From: Patescibacteria group bacterium
GTDB lineage: Bacteria > Patescibacteriota > Patescibacteriia > UBA9934 > GWF2-40-263
Length of the DNA: 64,000 bases
Direction of reading: 5' to 3'
NCBI GenBank assembly: GCA_041661745.1
Contig: JBAZTR010000001.1
Coordinates: 15,740 to 79,739, forward strand
Part shown: positions 63,934-64,000 of the stretch, in pieces
How the letters are laid out: the number at the start of each line of letters is the position of its first letter
How positions within the stretch are numbered: the stretch's first letter is position 1
Position numbers and translations under genes: made by a program
Notes under the pieces: model-generated
Seen by the model: the letters and a program-made list of their open reading frames with translations, nothing else
The model's database searches: none
Told to the model about the DNA's origin: nothing

Positions 63934-64000
63934 ATGCCTACACTTTACCGTACTTATCGCCCCCAGACCTTTGCCGAGGTCACGGCACAGGAACATGTAA
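63934..64000 (+). CDS. dnaX: DNA polymerase III subunit gamma/tau (5' end only)
   Basis: MPTLYRTYRPQTFAEVTAQEHV matches the DnaX N-terminus (LYRKYRPQTF..V.GQEHV). Confidence 0.8.
   Translation, partial: MPTLYRTYRPQTFAEVTAQEHV

Overview
The window looks like a compact, roughly 45% GC bacterial chromosome segment. Its gene repertoire is suggestive of a Patescibacteria/CPR-like organism, but that is inference. The supporting signs are an LCP protein, a sortase fused to a peptidoglycan-binding domain, tandem NUDIX genes, giant FG-GAP, beta-helix and Calx-beta surface proteins, very short intergenic spacers and an ECF sigma factor. Core genes recognised from their conserved motifs are dnaB-ybaB-recR, recJ, rnhA, cysS, lepA, rplU, greA, an ABC-F ATPase, folD, a rimK-like ligase, a beta-CASP RNase, bcp, prs, a SufS-like cysteine desulfurase and a partial dnaX.

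The most notable region lies downstream of a tRNA-Asn(GTT) at 10128-10202. Several decayed copies of the tRNA 3' end, plus one exact 20-bp copy at 11371-11390, point to repeated integration at this tRNA. Next comes a small GIY-YIG module. After that is a sharply AT-rich (about 33% GC) block of three co-directional genes. The first is a 1285-aa protein with an N-terminal Mrr-like PD-(D/E)xK nuclease motif (GADGGWDG...QAK) fused to a STAND-type P-loop NTPase (GGGYGKT / LIFLDDAE) and a long helical C-terminus, which is an Avs-like anti-phage architecture. The two small partners are tightly linked; one carries a HEPN-type Rx4H motif. This is a candidate novel defence cassette, and no integrase is present in the window.

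Second, a TraG/VirD4-like membrane-anchored P-loop ATPase is followed by two giant secreted proteins of 1090 aa and 2923 aa. They share a roughly 175-aa, cysteine-containing C-terminal domain (about 80% nucleotide identity) and near-identical terminators.

Third, several 55-62% GC patches (SufS, HD, a DUF84 ITPase, Prs and two orphans) are interleaved with host-like 40-45% GC genes, suggesting mosaic horizontal acquisition. Other points of note are a HlyD-ABC-FtsX exporter whose neighbouring secreted proteins share a GGG(M)PPD / GPGGP motif, and a zinc-ribbon protein with an RGG-like N-terminus and a lysine-rich tail. No CRISPR array, rRNA, integrase or transposase was found.
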